Positions 27,967 to 36,575 of a stretch of 64,000 nt of DNA are shown here, piece after piece. Below the pieces are notes generated by a model. It did not search any database, was not told the DNA's origin, and saw only the letters and a list, made by a program, of their open reading frames with translations. Position 1 is the stretch's first letter; every line of letters begins with the position of its first letter. The DNA is taken from the NCBI GenBank assembly GCA_003138355.1, contig PLFX01000043.1, forward strand, positions 53,848-117,847. Direction: 5' to 3'. The stretch is from Solirubrobacterales bacterium. GTDB lineage: Bacteria > Actinomycetota > Thermoleophilia > Solirubrobacterales > Solirubrobacteraceae. A program made the translations under genes and the position numbers.

Positions 27967-28440
27967 ATGGATACGGCGCGACGCGGAAATTACAACTCCG
28001 GCGAGGACTTTGTCCTCGAGTACGGAGAATTGCGTTTCACCTTTAACGAGGAGGACTTCCGCGAGCGCTGCGAGCAGGCGGCGCTCCAGCTCGGCTTCGT
28101 GTCCGAGCGCCTCGATGAGTGCGAGCTCGAAGACCTGATCAACCTCGCGGTGAACGGCGAGATCCAAGATCCCGCCTCGGGCCTCGGAGAGCACGTCCGC
28201 GACTGCTGGTTTGACCTGATCGGTCCGGCTGAGCAGTCACTCGTCCACTGGCTGCGCCGGCTCGTGTTTCGGGGTGCGTGGCTCGATCAGCGCGTGCGCG
28301 AAGGCGAGCTCGACGTCGAGTTCGTCGAATCGACGTGTAGCTTCTCCTACGTGCAGCCGGATCGCGGCGGCGAGCCGATCGAACTGGCGAACGAGCCTTC
28401 GTGGGACAAGTTCGCGTACCGCTCCTCGCCGAGCCACTAG
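27967..28440 (+). CDS. hypothetical acidic protein
   Basis: 157-aa ORF whose 5' end sits in a locally AT-richer patch. I recognise no family. The coding call rests on ORF length and non-repetitive composition only. Confidence 0.4.
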   Translation: MDTARRGNYNSGEDFVLEYGELRFTFNEEDFRERCEQAALQLGFVSERLDECELEDLINLAVNGEIQDPASGLGEHVRDCWFDLIGPAEQSLVHWLRRLVFRGAWLDQRVREGELDVEFVESTCSFSYVQPDRGGEPIELANEPSWDKFAYRSSPSH

Positions 28441-28471
28441 CGCGACTGCGCTGCGCGTCAGGGAGCCGGCT

Positions 28472-29713
28472 CTAGGCGTCTTCGGCGGCGGGTTTGCGCC
28501 GCGCGCGTGGCGCGCGTGGCGCCCGCGTCGCGGCCGGCGCAGGTTCTGACTTCGCCACACGCGCTCGCGGCTTCGCGGGCGCGCGCCGGGGCTTCGCCGC
28601 GACCAGCAGGTCCGAGCGCAATGTGCCGCTCGCACCGAGGTCGAGCGTCGGCTCAGCGCTGGCGGCGGTGAGCGCGATCACGGTCGTCTCACCGCCGATC
28701 GCTCGCGTCGAGGTCGCGATCACCGTCAAGGATCCGGCCGTACGCAGGTTGCGCGCCGCGGCGAGCGCTCGCCGCGCCGCCGCCTCGCTGAGCCCGTCCA
28801 GCGTGTCGATCAGCAGGATCGCGTTGCCGCCGCGGACCGCGACACGCCTTCCGCGTTCGACCGCCTGCTCGAGTGCCGCATCCTGCGCGTCGCGCGGCGT
28901 GGCGAACGTGCTGCCGGTGCCCGTGAAGGACGCGAGCGCGCGGTACTCGCCGAGCTCCTCCGGGCGCACGCCGACAGCGGTCAGCTCGAGCTCGAAGCCT
29001 TCGAGCGCGGCCAGCGCGCTCGCGAGGCGCGTGAGCAGATAGGACTTGCCCGAGCGCGAGGGCCCGGTGATCGCCACCCGCGAGCCGGCGCCGAACGGCG
29101 CGTGCGCGTCGATCGCGGCCAGCAACTTGTCGCTCGTGTCGAGTGCGAGGCGCTGCGTGGGCCAGTCGACCTCGATGTCGTCGATGCGCGCGCCGTGCAC
29201 GACCTCGTCGGCCGCAACCCCGTTGATCGTGTCGACGCGGATCAGCGACGGATGGCGCTCGGAGCGCCGTGGCGCGCGGACCGGTCCCGAGATCCTGTCG
29301 CCGGCCACGAGCTCGCAGCGGCGCGCCTGCGCGGCTGAGACGTAGACGTCGGAGTCACTGGAGGTGGCGCCGTCCGGACGCAGGAAACCGGACCCGTTCG
29401 CGAGCAGCTCGACGACGCCCTCGACGACGCGGGGCTCGGCAGCGGGGGTCTCCGCCGCTGCCTGCTCCTCCCCCGGATCGGCATCGCGCGTCCCGCGCCC
29501 GCGGCGCCGGCGGCGGCTGCGACCCGACGGACCCGCGGTGCCCTCAGCGGCCACCGGCTGCGGCGTCTCCTCGCCGCCCTGGCGGGCGATGATCGCGCCG
29601 ATCAGATCGGGCCGGCGCAAACGGCGGAAGCCGTCGATGCCAAGCTCGGAGGCGAGAGCGTGAAGATCGGCGAGCGGGCTTGCCTCGAGCTCGCCGGGTG
29701 TGATGATCGACAT
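28472..29713 (-). CDS. rho: Rho-like transcription termination factor homologue with divergent ATPase domain and basic tail
   Basis: 413 aa.
- Rho_N-like 'LADLHALASELGIDGFRRLRRPDLIGAII'.
- Arg-rich insert.
- Cold-shock-like RNA-binding block 'VEGVVELLANGSGFLRPDG...VYVSAAQARRCELVAGDRISGPVR'.
- P-loop 'GPSRSGKS', Walker B-like 'ILLIDTLDGL', and 'AARNLRTAGSLTVIAT'.
- C-terminal K/R/P/A-rich tail. Confidence 0.7.
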   Translation of the reverse strand: MSIITPGELEASPLADLHALASELGIDGFRRLRRPDLIGAIIARQGGEETPQPVAAEGTAGPSGRSRRRRRGRGTRDADPGEEQAAAETPAAEPRVVEGVVELLANGSGFLRPDGATSSDSDVYVSAAQARRCELVAGDRISGPVRAPRRSERHPSLIRVDTINGVAADEVVHGARIDDIEVDWPTQRLALDTSDKLLAAIDAHAPFGAGSRVAITGPSRSGKSYLLTRLASALAALEGFELELTAVGVRPEELGEYRALASFTGTGSTFATPRDAQDAALEQAVERGRRVAVRGGNAILLIDTLDGLSEAAARRALAAARNLRTAGSLTVIATSTRAIGGETTVIALTAASAEPTLDLGASGTLRSDLLVAAKPRRAPAKPRARVAKSEPAPAATRAPRAPRARRKPAAEDA

Positions 29714-29808
29714 TCGTGTTCCCTTCGTGAACGGGTGGTAGGCGTCCGGCGGCGTTGACGGGCAGCCGCCGGCACCCTTCGGCGAGCGCTCGGCGCTCGG
29801 GTCCTAGG

Positions 29809-30717
29809 TCAGCTTACGCGCTCGTGCGGCTGCTCAGCGCGCAAGCGCTCCGGCAGCCCGCTGATCCTCGGCAGCTCGCCCTCGCCGCGCAGGGCCCGGC
29901 GGACGGCGATGAAATCCTTTGCCGCCGCGACGTCGTGCACGCGGAAGATGTGCGCGCCGAGGTCGAGTCCGTGTGCGATCGCCGCGAGCGTGCCCGCCTC
30001 GCGCTCGCGTGGCATGCGCCCGGTCAGGGCGCCGATGAAGTCCTTGCGCGAGAGCGCCATAAGGATCGGCCGGCCGAGCTCATGCAGGCGCGTCGCGCCG
30101 CGCAGCAGCTCGATCGTTTGTGCCGGCGTCTTTGCGAAGTCGGGCCCTGGGTCGACGATCAACCCCGCTTCGGGCATGCCGCTGGCACGCGCGAGCGCGA
30201 TGCGCTCGCGCAGGAACGCGAGGACGTCCTCGAGGACGTCCTCGTAGAGGTCGGGGTCCTGTAGTCGCTGCTTGGGCGCCGCGCGCGTGTGCATCACGAC
30301 GAGCGCGGCCCCGCCGCGCGCGCATGTTTCGGCGAGCGCCGGATCGCGCAGGCCGCTCACGTCGTTGACGATCGCGGCGCCGGCGGCGATCGCTGCGCCC
30401 GCGACGGCCGGCTTGTAGGTGTCGACCGACACGAGGACGTCGAGCTCCCCCGCGACGGCCGCAATCAGCGGCACTACGCGCTCGATCTCCTCCTCCGGCG
30501 CGACCGGCGGCAGGTTCGTGCGCCCGCTCTCGCCACCGATGTCGATCACGTCGGCGCCCGCTTCGCAGAGCTCCCGCGCGTGGTCCAGGCGTGCTGCGAG
30601 CGTCGGGTGAAGGCCGGCGTCCGAGAAGCTGTCGGGCGTCGCGTTGACGATCCCCATCAGCCACGGCCGCTCGCCGAGCTCGTAGCTGCGCCCCGCGGCT
30701 TGGAGTAGCACGCTCAT
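29809..30717 (-). CDS. folP: dihydropteroate synthase
   Basis: 302 aa. Contains 'MGIVNATPDSFSDAG' and 'IDIGGESGR'. Confidence 0.93.
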   Translation of the reverse strand: MSVLLQAAGRSYELGERPWLMGIVNATPDSFSDAGLHPTLAARLDHARELCEAGADVIDIGGESGRTNLPPVAPEEEIERVVPLIAAVAGELDVLVSVDTYKPAVAGAAIAAGAAIVNDVSGLRDPALAETCARGGAALVVMHTRAAPKQRLQDPDLYEDVLEDVLAFLRERIALARASGMPEAGLIVDPGPDFAKTPAQTIELLRGATRLHELGRPILMALSRKDFIGALTGRMPREREAGTLAAIAHGLDLGAHIFRVHDVAAAKDFIAVRRALRGEGELPRISGLPERLRAEQPHERVS

Positions 30718-32402
30718 GCCGCCCGGACGGCGCTCGCCGGCGCGCTCGCCAAGCCCTCCGCCGCGGCCTCCGCGAGGAAGCGCTCAGTCTCGGCCGCACG
30801 CCGCGCGCCGTCCCAGCCGAGCTCATCGCCGAGCACAGCGGTGAGCTCGCGCAGCGACGCGCTGTCGCGGACGAGCTCACCGCCGGCAAGGAGGGCGAGG
30901 CGCGTGCGCCGGAAGAGGACATCGGCGATGCCGCGAGCCTGCTCGACACGCACCGCCTGCACCGCCTCTGCGAGCAGGTCGGGGAACCCGTCGACGATCG
31001 GCCGCGCGAGCCTGGGCTCGCCTGCCGCCAGCGCCAGCACCGCCGTCGCCGCGTGCCCGTAGCGCGCGGCGAGTGCCTCGTAGGCCGGGGGTTCGAGTCC
31101 GCCGACGCGCGGCAGCGAGGCCGCCTCGACCGGAGCGCCGAGGGGGATCTCATGCGTGCGACACGGTGCGTCGAGCGCGTCGCGCTCGACGATCCGGTCG
31201 ACGGTCATCTTCGCCATCCGGCGGAAGGTGGTGAGCTTGCCGCCGGTGATCGTGATCATGCCGCTCGAGGTCTCGAAGAGTTCGGCCCTGCGCGAGATGT
31301 CGACGGAGGTCTTCGCGTCGCCGGTTGAGATCAGCGGGCGCACCCCGGCGAAGGCGCCGCTGATGTCCGACGCGGTGAGCTCGCTCGCGAAGAACTCGTT
31401 CGTCGCCGCGAGCAGGTAGTCGACGTCCTCGCGCGGCACCGCGACGTGCGCGAGCTGGCCTTCGTAGTCGTTGTCCGTCGTGCCGATCAGCGTGCGCCCA
31501 AGCCATGGCAGGGCGAAGATCGTCCGCCCTCCCCCAGCGGGCACGATCGCGCCGGCGCGTAGCGGCACGAGCTCGGTAGGAACCGTGATGTGCGTGCCGC
31601 GACTCGGGCGGATCCGCGGCAGCTCAGTCTCGTCGTGGAGCTCGTCGCCGCGCAGGCGATCGGCCCAAACGCCGGTCGCGTTGACGACGTGCGTGGCGCG
31701 CACGAGCAGCTGCTCGCCACTCACGCCATCGCGCGCGATCACCCCGGACGCCCGGCGCCGCTCGAACGCGAGCTCCTCGACGGCGAGACCGTTTGCGCAG
31801 ATCGCGCCGAAGCGCTCGGCCTCCCCGAGCACGGTCAAGACGAGGCGGACGTCGTCGGTCTGACAGTCATAGAACAGGTAGCCGGCACTCGGCTCGCGCG
31901 CCGCGAGCGCCGGCAAGAGATCGCTGACCTCGCCGCCGTCGATGACGCGATGGCGCGCGGGGCTCCAGCTCTCCTCGGTCTCTGTCACCGGGCGCCTGCC
32001 GCCGCGGCGCGCGCCCTGGCGCCCGCGCCTGGACATCACGTCGTAGAGGTTCAGCCCCACGCCGACGAGTCGATCCGGGCGCGCACCGCCGAAGGCCGGG
32101 ACGACGATCGGCAGCGGCCTGACGAGGTGCGGGGCGAGCGTGACGAGCAGCTGGCGCTCGACGAGCGCTTCGCGCACGAGACCCAGCTCGAACTGGCGCA
32201 GGTAGCGCAGGCCGCCGTGGACGAGCTTGCTCGAGCGGCTCGATGTGCCGCAGGCGTAGTCGTCGCGCTCGAGCAGTGCGACGCTGTAGCCGCGCGAAGC
32301 GGCATCGAGGGCGACGCCGGCGCCGGTGATCCCGCCGCCGATCACCACCACATCGAAGCGCTCGGTGGCGAGCGCCTTGAGTGCGTCGGAGCGGGCGATC
32401 AC
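30714..32402 (-). CDS. glpD: FAD-dependent glycerol-3-phosphate dehydrogenase
   Basis: Contains 'FDVVVIGGGITGAGVALDAASRG' and 'SSRSSKLVHGGLRYL'. Start placed at GTG 32402. The upstream 78 aa of the 640-aa ORF run into the VOC gene and are rejected. Confidence 0.88.
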   Translation of the reverse strand: MIARSDALKALATERFDVVVIGGGITGAGVALDAASRGYSVALLERDDYACGTSSRSSKLVHGGLRYLRQFELGLVREALVERQLLVTLAPHLVRPLPIVVPAFGGARPDRLVGVGLNLYDVMSRRGRQGARRGGRRPVTETEESWSPARHRVIDGGEVSDLLPALAAREPSAGYLFYDCQTDDVRLVLTVLGEAERFGAICANGLAVEELAFERRRASGVIARDGVSGEQLLVRATHVVNATGVWADRLRGDELHDETELPRIRPSRGTHITVPTELVPLRAGAIVPAGGGRTIFALPWLGRTLIGTTDNDYEGQLAHVAVPREDVDYLLAATNEFFASELTASDISGAFAGVRPLISTGDAKTSVDISRRAELFETSSGMITITGGKLTTFRRMAKMTVDRIVERDALDAPCRTHEIPLGAPVEAASLPRVGGLEPPAYEALAARYGHAATAVLALAAGEPRLARPIVDGFPDLLAEAVQAVRVEQARGIADVLFRRTRLALLAGGELVRDSASLRELTAVLGDELGWDGARRAAETERFLAEAAAEGLASAPASAVRAA

Positions 32403-32463
32403 GGAAGCACCAGTGTGCCACGCACCACGGCCGGGACGCTGCGCCTTGTGCGCGCGCCGCGAA

Positions 32464-32883
32464 CTATCCGAGCTTGATGCCGCCCTCGCTGGTGAGCGTC
32501 CAGTGCGGGTTGTGGGCGACCTCCCACGGGTGCCCCTCGGGGTCGATGAAGACGCCGCTGTAGCCGCCCCAGAAGGCGGTCGAGCCAGGGCGTCCGATCC
32601 GCGCACCGGCGGCGCGCGCCTGCTCGAGGACCGCATCGACAGCCGTCGAGGATTCGAGGTTCAGCGCCAGGGTGACGCCGCCCCAACCGCCCGCGTCCTC
32701 GACGCACGAGTCCTCGGCCAGACGCCCCCGGTCCCACAGTCCGAGCACCATGTCGCCCGTCTGAAAGAAGACGACGTGGTCGTCCGGGCCGGCTCCGCTC
32801 TGCCAGCCGAGCGCCTCGTAGAAGGCGCGCGCCCGCTGGAGGTCGCGGACTCCGAGCGTCACGAGGGTGACTCGCTGGCGCAC
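32464..32883 (-). CDS. VOC (glyoxalase/bleomycin resistance/dioxygenase) family protein
   Basis: 139 aa. Contains 'VTLVTLGVRDLQRARAFYEALGW' and '...DPEGHPWEV'. Confidence 0.85.
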   Translation of the reverse strand: MRQRVTLVTLGVRDLQRARAFYEALGWQSGAGPDDHVVFFQTGDMVLGLWDRGRLAEDSCVEDAGGWGGVTLALNLESSTAVDAVLEQARAAGARIGRPGSTAFWGGYSGVFIDPEGHPWEVAHNPHWTLTSEGGIKLG

Positions 32884-32931
32884 GCTGCAGAGCTTAGCGA
32901 GCGGCTCGATCCGGCCCGCCCGCCCGGCGCG

Positions 32932-34353
32932 CTAGATGTCCGACAGCTCGCCGGTGATGTCGCTGACGGCGCCCTTGGCGTCGCCGAAGAGCATCGCCGT
33001 GTTCGGGCGGAAGTAGAGCTCGTTCTCGATCCCCGCGAAGCCCGGGTTCATCGACCGCTTGATCACGACCACCTGGTGAGCGTTTTCGACGTCGAGGATC
33101 GGCATGCCGTAGATCGGCGAGGCCGGGTTGGTCTTCGCCGCCGGGTTGGTGACGTCGTTCGCGCCGATCACGAGTGCCACGTCGGCGCGCGAGAACTCGG
33201 GGTTGATGTCGTCCATGTCCTTGAGCTGGTCGTAGGGCACATCGGCCTCCGCGAGCAGCACGTTCATGTGGCCCGGCATCCGGCCGGCGACCGGGTGCAC
33301 CGCGTAGCGAACCTCGACGCCGCGCTTCTGGAGCGCCTTCGCCAGCTCGGCGACGGCGTGCTGGGCCTGGGCGACGGCCATGCCGTAGCCGGGGACGACG
33401 ATCACGAGGCGCGCATAAGCAAGTTGGATCGCGACGTCAGCTGCGCTGACAGAGCGGACGGTGGTCGCGTAGGCGCCGGCGCCGCTCGCGCCCTCGACCA
33501 CGCCGGTCCCGCCGAAGCCGCCGGCGACGATCGCCGGGATCGAGCGGTTCATCGCGACCGCCATCAGGTTCGTGAGGATCGTGCCCGAGGCGCCGACGAT
33601 CATCCCGGCGACGATCAGCGCCGGGTTGTTGAGCGCGACTCCCGTCGCGGCCGCCGAGAGGCCGGTGAAGGCGTTGAGCATCGAGATCACGACCGGCATG
33701 TCTGCGCCGCCGATCGGCAGCACCACCGCGTTGCCGAGAATCGCCGCGAGCACGAGCATCCCGATGAACTCCGCTTCTGAGTGCGAGCCGCCGGCGACGA
33801 GCCCGGCGAGCAGGACCGCGCCCGCGAGCAAGAGCAGATTGACGAGCTGCTGGGACTTGCCGAGCGTGATCGGGCGCCCGGGGATGAGCTCCTGGAGCTT
33901 GCCGAAGGCGATGTTCGAGCCCCAGAAGCTGATCGAGCCGACGATCGCCGCGAACAGGCTGAAGACCACGACATAGGTGGCCAAGTGCGCGTAACCGCCG
34001 GTCCGCCGGAACTCTGCCCATGCGATCAGAAAGACGGCCCCGCCGCCGACGCCGTTGAAAAGCGCGACCATCTGCGGCATCGCGGTCATCCGCACCTTGC
34101 GCGCCGCCGGCACGCCGACGAGCGTTCCGATCACGATGCCGATGACGATCAGCAGCCACTCGCGCTCGCCCGGCAAGAGCAGCGTCGCGACGATCGCGAT
34201 CGCCATGCCGACCGCCGCGATGCGGTTACCGCGCACGGCGGTCCGCGGCCCGGTCAGCCCCGTCATCCCGTAGATGAAGAGGGCGAACGCCACGATGTAG
34301 AGGACGTGGAGGAAGTTCAGGTTGTGGATGAAGCTCGTCGCGACGGTGGTCAC
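32932..34353 (-). CDS. pntB: NAD(P) transhydrogenase subunit beta
   Basis: 473 aa. Multi-TM N-terminal region and NADP(H) domain 'VPGYGMAVAQAQH...VHPVAGRMPGHMNVLLAEA'. Confidence 0.95.
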   Translation of the reverse strand: MTTVATSFIHNLNFLHVLYIVAFALFIYGMTGLTGPRTAVRGNRIAAVGMAIAIVATLLLPGEREWLLIVIGIVIGTLVGVPAARKVRMTAMPQMVALFNGVGGGAVFLIAWAEFRRTGGYAHLATYVVVFSLFAAIVGSISFWGSNIAFGKLQELIPGRPITLGKSQQLVNLLLLAGAVLLAGLVAGGSHSEAEFIGMLVLAAILGNAVVLPIGGADMPVVISMLNAFTGLSAAATGVALNNPALIVAGMIVGASGTILTNLMAVAMNRSIPAIVAGGFGGTGVVEGASGAGAYATTVRSVSAADVAIQLAYARLVIVVPGYGMAVAQAQHAVAELAKALQKRGVEVRYAVHPVAGRMPGHMNVLLAEADVPYDQLKDMDDINPEFSRADVALVIGANDVTNPAAKTNPASPIYGMPILDVENAHQVVVIKRSMNPGFAGIENELYFRPNTAMLFGDAKGAVSDITGELSDI

Positions 34354-34655
34354 TCCTCCTCACCGTCCTTGGGCCGCTGCGGCTTACGCTTGAACATCTC
34401 GAGCATCCGGTCGGTGACGAGGAAGCCGCCGACGATGTTGATCGTGCCGAAGGCGATCGCGATTACGAGCAGCACCTTGTTGAAGACGCCGTTGCCTGAG
34501 AGCGCAATGACGATCAGCCCGCCGAGCAGGACGATCCCGTGAATCGCGTTGGTGCCGCTCATCAGCGGCGTATGCAACGTGTTCGGGATCTTCGAAATTA
34601 CCGCGTATCCGACGAACCCGGCGAGCACGAGGATCGTCAGGTTCGTGATCAGCAC
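34350..34655 (-). CDS. pntAB: NAD(P) transhydrogenase subunit alpha part 2
   Basis: 101-aa membrane protein lying between pntAA and pntB. Overlaps pntB by 4 nt and pntAA by 1 nt. Confidence 0.9.
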   Translation of the reverse strand: MLITNLTILVLAGFVGYAVISKIPNTLHTPLMSGTNAIHGIVLLGGLIVIALSGNGVFNKVLLVIAIAFGTINIVGGFLVTDRMLEMFKRKPQRPKDGEEE

Positions 34656-35782
34656 TAGTTGGCGGCCCCTACGAGCGCCTTGGCGGCGGCGTTTACGACC
34701 TCTCCATCGCGCGTGATGCAGGCGCCGGCGATGATCTCGTCCGCGAAGTCGAGCGCGAGATCACCCTCCTCGCCGATCATCAGCTCGAGCAGCGCCTGGA
34801 TGTTGCGCGCGTAGAGCGCCGAGGCGTGCTCCGGCATCGAGGCCGGGAGGTTCAGTGGCGAGACGATCGTGACATCGTGGGCGACCGCAGTCTCACCGGG
34901 CTTGGTGAGCTCGCAGTTGCCACCGGTCTCACCGGCCATGTCGACGATCACGGAGCCCGCCTTCATGCCTTCGACGGCTGCTGCCGTGACGAGCTTCGGC
35001 GCCGGCCGGCCGGGCACGAGCGCGGTGGTGATCACGATGTCGAAGGTCTTGATCGCGTCGGTCAGCGCCTCCTGCTGCTGCGCCTTCTCCGCGCTGGTCA
35101 GCTCGCGTGCGTAGCCGCCCTCGCCGACCGCCTCGATGCCGAGATCGAGCCAGCTCGCCCCGAGCGAGCGAACCTGCTCCTCGACCTCGGGCCGCACGTC
35201 GTAGCCCGTCGTCTGCGCGCCCAGGCGGCGCGCTGTCGCGAGCGCCTGCAGTCCGGCCACGCCGACGCCGAGCACGAGCACCTTCGCGGGCGGGATCGTG
35301 CCCGCCGCGGTCGTCAGCATCGGGAAGAAGCGGCCGATCTGCTCGGCGCCGAGCAGCGCCGCGCGATAGCCGGCGACGTTGCTCTGCGAGGACAGCGCGT
35401 CCATCGTCTGCGCGCGCGAGATGCGGGGGATCGACTCCATCGCGAACGCTGTGACCTTGCGCTCGGCGAGCGCCTTCGTCGTCTCCGGGCTCGCGAGCGG
35501 CGCGAGGAACCCGATCAGGACGGTGCCCGCGCTCAGCTTCGCAACCTCGGCCGCGCTTGGCGGCTGGACCTTGACGACTAGCGGCGAGGACCAGACCTTT
35601 GCGCCGTCGCCGAGCGTCGCGCCGGCTTGCTCGTAAAGCGAGTCCGGGATCATCGCGGCCTCGCCGGCGCCCGACTCGACGAGCACCTCGACGCCATGTC
35701 CGCTGAGCCGCTTGACCACTTCCGGGACGAGCGCCACGCGGCGCTCCCCGGGGGTCGTTTCCTTCGGCACCGCGACGAGCAT
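34655..35782 (-). CDS. pntAA: NAD(P) transhydrogenase subunit alpha part 1
   Basis: Start placed at ATG 35782 (MLVAVPKETTPGERRVALVPE). Rossmann motif 'VLVLGVGVAGLQALATARRLGA'. Confidence 0.93.
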   Translation of the reverse strand: MLVAVPKETTPGERRVALVPEVVKRLSGHGVEVLVESGAGEAAMIPDSLYEQAGATLGDGAKVWSSPLVVKVQPPSAAEVAKLSAGTVLIGFLAPLASPETTKALAERKVTAFAMESIPRISRAQTMDALSSQSNVAGYRAALLGAEQIGRFFPMLTTAAGTIPPAKVLVLGVGVAGLQALATARRLGAQTTGYDVRPEVEEQVRSLGASWLDLGIEAVGEGGYARELTSAEKAQQQEALTDAIKTFDIVITTALVPGRPAPKLVTAAAVEGMKAGSVIVDMAGETGGNCELTKPGETAVAHDVTIVSPLNLPASMPEHASALYARNIQALLELMIGEEGDLALDFADEIIAGACITRDGEVVNAAAKALVGAAN

Positions 35783-35900
35783 CGCGCCTAACCATATGTT
35801 GCGCACGCGATTGACGGTCGTGGGAAAGCCGCAGGGGCTCTGCGGCCAACCGGTCAACGCGATCGTGAACTACCCGAGCAGCGGCGATCAGGCCACGAGC

Positions 35901-36503
35901 TCACGCAGCGCGGAGCGCCGGCTCGGGCCGCGCGCAGACCATGCCCTCGCTGAAACCGGGCGCGCCGATCGCGAAGGCGTGGTTGAAGCGGCCGACCATG
36001 TTCTCGAGGGCGATGAACGCGGCCAGCTCGACGAGCTGGCGCTCGTCGAAGTGCTCGCGCAGCGCGGCGAAGAGCTCGTCTGACACCTCGACCGGCGTCC
36101 GGCTCATGGCGGTCGCGAAGTCGAGCACGAGCTTCTCGAGCTCGCTGAAGCGCTCGCTCTCGCGGTAGCGGTGGAGGTCCAGGAGCTGCTCGTCAGGCAA
36201 GCCCGAGTGGCGCGAGATCTGCGAGCCGATGTCGATGCAGTACTCGCAGCCCGTCATCGTCGCGGCGCGCAGGCGCGCGATGTTCTTGAGGCGTCGGTCG
36301 ACCCCGTTGAGCTTCGAGTTCGCGCCCTCGAGCATGCCGATCGCGCGCAGCAGCTTTGGCTGGAGCGCGTACACCTGGAGCGACGCGAGCGCGCCGTCGG
36401 GCGCCGTCCCGGTGAGCTTCGGCAGGCCGCGGCGAGCGAGGCGGTAGATGAGCCTGAGACCGGGGCCGGCCTGCTCGGGCGTGACGCCGTTGATTCGTGC
36501 CAT
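35901..36503 (-). CDS. carboxymuconolactone decarboxylase (AhpD-like) family protein
   Basis: 200 aa with 'MTGCEYCIDIGS', the CxxC motif of the CMD/AhpD fold. Divergent from the ECF sigma gene. Confidence 0.85.
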   Translation of the reverse strand: MARINGVTPEQAGPGLRLIYRLARRGLPKLTGTAPDGALASLQVYALQPKLLRAIGMLEGANSKLNGVDRRLKNIARLRAATMTGCEYCIDIGSQISRHSGLPDEQLLDLHRYRESERFSELEKLVLDFATAMSRTPVEVSDELFAALREHFDERQLVELAAFIALENMVGRFNHAFAIGAPGFSEGMVCARPEPALRAA

Positions 36504-36513
36504 CTTCTTCTCC

Positions 36514-36575
36514 TGTCACATCGCGGGTATTGCTGGGGTCAATCGCTTGACACCCGCGAGCAAGGAGACGTGACA
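36514..36575. promoter_or_regulatory. back-to-back ECF41-type promoter-like motifs in the CMD/sigma intergenic region
   Basis: Plus strand: TGTCACA (36514-36520), 16 nt, GGTC (36537-36540). Minus strand: TGTCACG (36575-36569), 16 nt, TGTC (36552-36549). The published ECF41 target motif is TGTCACA-n16-CGTC. Confidence 0.4.

Noticed and set aside
31040-31110. tRNA-like T-loop string 'GGTTCGAGTCC' at about 31090.
   Set aside because: The flanking T-stem does not pair (GGGGG against CCGCC has an internal mismatch) and no acceptor or anticodon arms can be drawn. The site is inside the well-supported glpD coding sequence on the other strand.
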